The notes under the pieces: model-generated | Databases searched by the model: none | Told to the model about the DNA's origin: nothing | Seen by the model: only the letters and a program-made list of their open reading frames with translations | In this document: positions 35,761 to 37,703 of the stretch, piece by piece | Layout: each line of letters begins with the position of its first letter | Numbering within the stretch: position 1 is the first letter of the stretch | Source: Candidatus Hecatellales archaeon B24 | GTDB taxonomy: Archaea > Thermoproteota > Bathyarchaeia > Hecatellales > Hecatellaceae | Assembly (NCBI GenBank): GCA_001593855.1 | Contig: LUCC01000004.1 | Span: 1-37,703, forward strand | Direction of reading: 5' to 3' | Length of the DNA: 37,703 bases | Position numbers and translations under genes: made by a program

Positions 35761-36012
35761 TCAAATTTCTTCGGCTATCTTCTTGGCTTCTGGGAGGCGT
35801 TTTGAATTTAGGGCTACATCGAGGCCGTGACGGGTGGGATGAGGTATAAGCCAGCTTTCCTTTATCAGGCGTTTCACGGCTTTCTTGACTTCGCCTCTCA
35901 GGTGTTTGGGGAAGCCCTTTGGGACATTATCGACGGGTGTGTGTTTGGCTCCGGCTGCATGGAGCCTATAAAATTTAGCTATGATTGCTCGGTCGATGTC
36001 GGTCAGGACCAT
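35761..36012 (-). CDS. hypothetical small DNA-binding-like protein
   Basis: 83-aa ATG ORF (..KHTPVDNVPKGFPKHLRGEVKKAVKRLIKESWLIPHP..), divergent from the wHTH gene. Family not recognised. Confidence 0.45.
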   Translation of the reverse strand: MVLTDIDRAIIAKFYRLHAAGAKHTPVDNVPKGFPKHLRGEVKKAVKRLIKESWLIPHPTRHGLDVALNSKRLPEAKKIAEEI

Positions 36013-36111
36013 GTCTTGCCTCCCTTTAGGTTTTGTAGCTTATAAGCATTATGTTCTAAATGAAACATTAGCATATTTTAAAAAACATTTAAATGTTTCT
36101 TAAAAGAAATA

Positions 36112-36118
36112 TTTATAA
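36112..36118 (+). promoter_or_regulatory. TATA box for the 36155 wHTH gene
   Basis: TTTATAA about 40 nt upstream of ATG 36155, with GGAGG at 36143-36147. Confidence 0.4.
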
Positions 36119-36154
36119 GGCTGAAACATGTCCATTTAATTTGGAGGAAAAACT

Positions 36155-36502
36155 ATGCCAAAAACCCGGCAAGCCGAAATAAACCCTCCAGCCCTCCAGC
36201 AACTCTTCGGTCCAACCGCCATGGCTAAGCTTCTAGACTTCTTAACCCTCTACCATAGCCTAGACTATCCGAAGTCTGAGATTGCTGAGAACTCGGGGAT
36301 AGGCTGGAAGACACTACACACCCTCTGGCCCCTCTTGGAACACTATGAACTCGTGAAGCACACCCGCGATGTGGGCAGAGCCAAACTCTACCGAACCAAC
36401 ACGGACAGCCCCATCATAAAAGCCCTACACCAACTGGCCCACCAAATATCAACCCACAACCTTGAGAAACAGGCAAAAAACGGGTACCCGTCCTCGCCAT
36501 AG
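36155..36502 (+). CDS. winged-helix transcriptional regulator
   Basis: KLLDFL.....YPKSEIAENSGIGWKTLHTLWPLLEHYELVKHTRDVGRAKLYRTN is an HTH plus wing pattern. Confidence 0.6.
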   Translation: MPKTRQAEINPPALQQLFGPTAMAKLLDFLTLYHSLDYPKSEIAENSGIGWKTLHTLWPLLEHYELVKHTRDVGRAKLYRTNTDSPIIKALHQLAHQISTHNLEKQAKNGYPSSP

Positions 36503-36559
36503 CCAAAGCTTAAAGGGGATAGCATGGTTCCCACGATGAGCTGAGTCATAAGTCTTCAG

Positions 36560-37074
36560 CTACTTATTTTTAAACCAGTTGGGTCTCATGAGGTGGGCTA
36601 GGTCTCGCCAGGATAGTTTTGCGTATCTTGTGACGGTTTCGATGTGTTTCCAGCCAAACCAGTCTTGGAGTTGCATGAGGCCGAAACTGTATTCGCTGGC
36701 CAGCTGGCATGCGCGCTGTGCTCGGAACCAGTGGTCATAGAGGTGGACGCCTACTTTTCGCCCTATCTCCCCCACGATTTGATGGGCTCTGACGCGGCTG
36801 AGCCTACGGCAAACACTCCAAGAACCTCCTTAAGGATCTTCACAACCTCCTCAAGCAGGACGGCGGCTTCCGTTTGATCTACGAAAACCTCCAAGATACG
36901 CCTATCCTCACGCAAATTCCCCATCGTAAGCCCCATGATCATATTAAACTTGAAAGCGCCAAAGACATCAACCACATTATCTAGGGTTTCAGACTTCAAG
37001 TTTGTTTCAACAGAAAACTCAGCAAACTTTCGATCGGGCGCATAAACGGCAACAGGCAACTCTTTAGGATACAA
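36560..37074 (-). pseudogene. tyrosine recombinase/integrase, frameshifted catalytic-domain remnant
   Basis: The downstream frame carries RLSRVRAHQIVGEIGRKVGV-HLYDHWFRAQRA (HxxR) and GWKHIETVTRY (catalytic Tyr). The upstream 103-aa ORF (TTG 37074, strong GAGGAGGTGG RBS) ends in another frame, and the integrase frame is closed by TAA about 19 codons upstream of GTG 36775. Confidence 0.5.
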
Positions 37075-37209
37075 ATATTTCCACCTCCTCTATTGGAGAG
37101 GAGATACAATCAGCTATAACTGTGTCGTTTTCAAGCCTATAACTAGCTTAAATCCTTTAACGTTGAAGCAGGAGGCCCCTTCCAATAGCATGTGAATTTG
37201 GTTAGTTCA

Positions 37210-37536
37210 TTATCTAATGCGAGTTTCATACTGCTTTTTTAGCCTTTTAATCTCCTTGACAAAGTCAAACCTGCCCTTACGTGAGCTTTTAAGACCTGTT
37301 TCTCTGCAAAGTTTCTCAATAATAATCTTCTCTATGATTGTTGCTCCGGTTCCGAAGAGGCTGGCTAGGGCTGCATGAAACTTCTCGGGGACATATGATA
37401 GGTTTTCTCTGGCTATGTGGAAATCCCTTTCCAGGTAAAAGTATATTACGTGTTTGACGCTTTCACCGAATGAATTAAAAGCTTTATCGGTAGCCTCTTG
37501 CAGAGCCTTCTCGAAACTCTTATCACCTTCACTCAG
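37210..37536 (-). CDS. hypothetical protein; ORF lacks an ATG/GTG/TTG start
   Basis: 108-codon open frame (LSEGDKSFEKALQEATDKAFNSFGESVKHVIYFYLERDFHIARENLSYVPEKFHAALASLFGTGATIIEKII..) preceded by GGGAGGT. The only start-like codon is CTG 37536. Confidence 0.35.
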   Translation of the reverse strand: MSEGDKSFEKALQEATDKAFNSFGESVKHVIYFYLERDFHIARENLSYVPEKFHAALASLFGTGATIIEKIIIEKLCRETGLKSSRKGRFDFVKEIKRLKKQYETRIR

Positions 37537-37549
37537 AAGTCAAACCTCC

Positions 37550-37703
37550 CTAAACAACTGGAATAAGCCTCACTTTTATTCTGTCCTTTAAAAACTCGGT
37601 TTTAAAGCCATAGAAAGGAGTATAACGTTTTGTACTATATGAGAAGGTTATGCCATCCTCATTTATGAGGCGGAAGATGTAATCTGCTATGTCGGAGAGT
37701 TGC
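37550..37703 (-). CDS. hypothetical protein, 3' end only (continues beyond the window)
   Basis: The open frame ..QLSDIADYIFRLINEDGITFSYSTKRYTPFYGFKTEFLKDRIKVRLIPVV ends at TAG 37550-37552, which abuts the RBS of the next ORF. Confidence 0.35.
   Translation of the reverse strand, partial: QLSDIADYIFRLINEDGITFSYSTKRYTPFYGFKTEFLKDRIKVRLIPVV

Larger units (their letters stand above)
35581..37703. mobile_element. putative decayed integrated element (partial; right boundary outside the window)
   Basis: Visibly more AT-rich than the flanking DNA. It holds a divergent small wHTH gene pair, a frameshifted tyrosine recombinase, and short orphan ORFs. No att repeats identified. Confidence 0.3.

Noticed and set aside
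1-37703. CRISPR arrays, rRNA genes, additional tRNAs
   Set aside because: Scanning by eye found no regularly spaced direct repeats and no further T-arm (GGTTCRAATCC-like) signatures outside coding frames. A computational scan (tRNAscan, CRISPR finder) should confirm this.

Overview
Dense archaeal chromosomal segment of about 50 genes. By eye it is roughly 50 percent GC, with many GTG/TTG starts, GGAGG-type ribosome-binding sites and frequent stop/start overlaps. Archaeal hallmarks: TATA-binding protein, RNA polymerase subunit P (a 55-aa gene missing from the ORF track), the eL20(LX)-prefoldin alpha-FtsY cluster, archaeosine tRNA-guanine transglycosylase, DTD2-type D-aminoacyl-tRNA deacylase, archaeal signal peptidase, an Lhr helicase, and a tRNA-Trp with a 70-nt intron. 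Metabolic genes include OTCase, LeuA/CimA, a LeuB-like dehydrogenase, MobA, and a pterin (H4MPT/folate)-associated trio (DUF1464, DUF447, MptE). The most interesting locus is a six-gene, translationally coupled ech-type group 4 [NiFe]-hydrogenase operon (21661-28120). Its NuoC-like subunit is fused to a GltD/NfnB-type NAD(P)H-FAD-FeS module that looks circularly permuted, and its NuoB-like small subunit carries an apparent 1-nt frameshift. Downstream lies an anaerobe-type oxidant-defence island (Isf, AfpA, two AhpD-like CMD proteins, rubredoxin, rubrerythrin, desulfoferrodoxin), which includes a truncated flavin-reductase remnant in frame with the unlisted rubredoxin gene. The right end (about 35.6-37.7 kb) is more AT-rich and looks like a decayed mobile element: small wHTH genes, a frameshifted tyrosine recombinase, and ORFs without canonical starts. 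No CRISPR array or rRNA was seen. All functional calls rest on motifs I recognised by eye. No database search was run.
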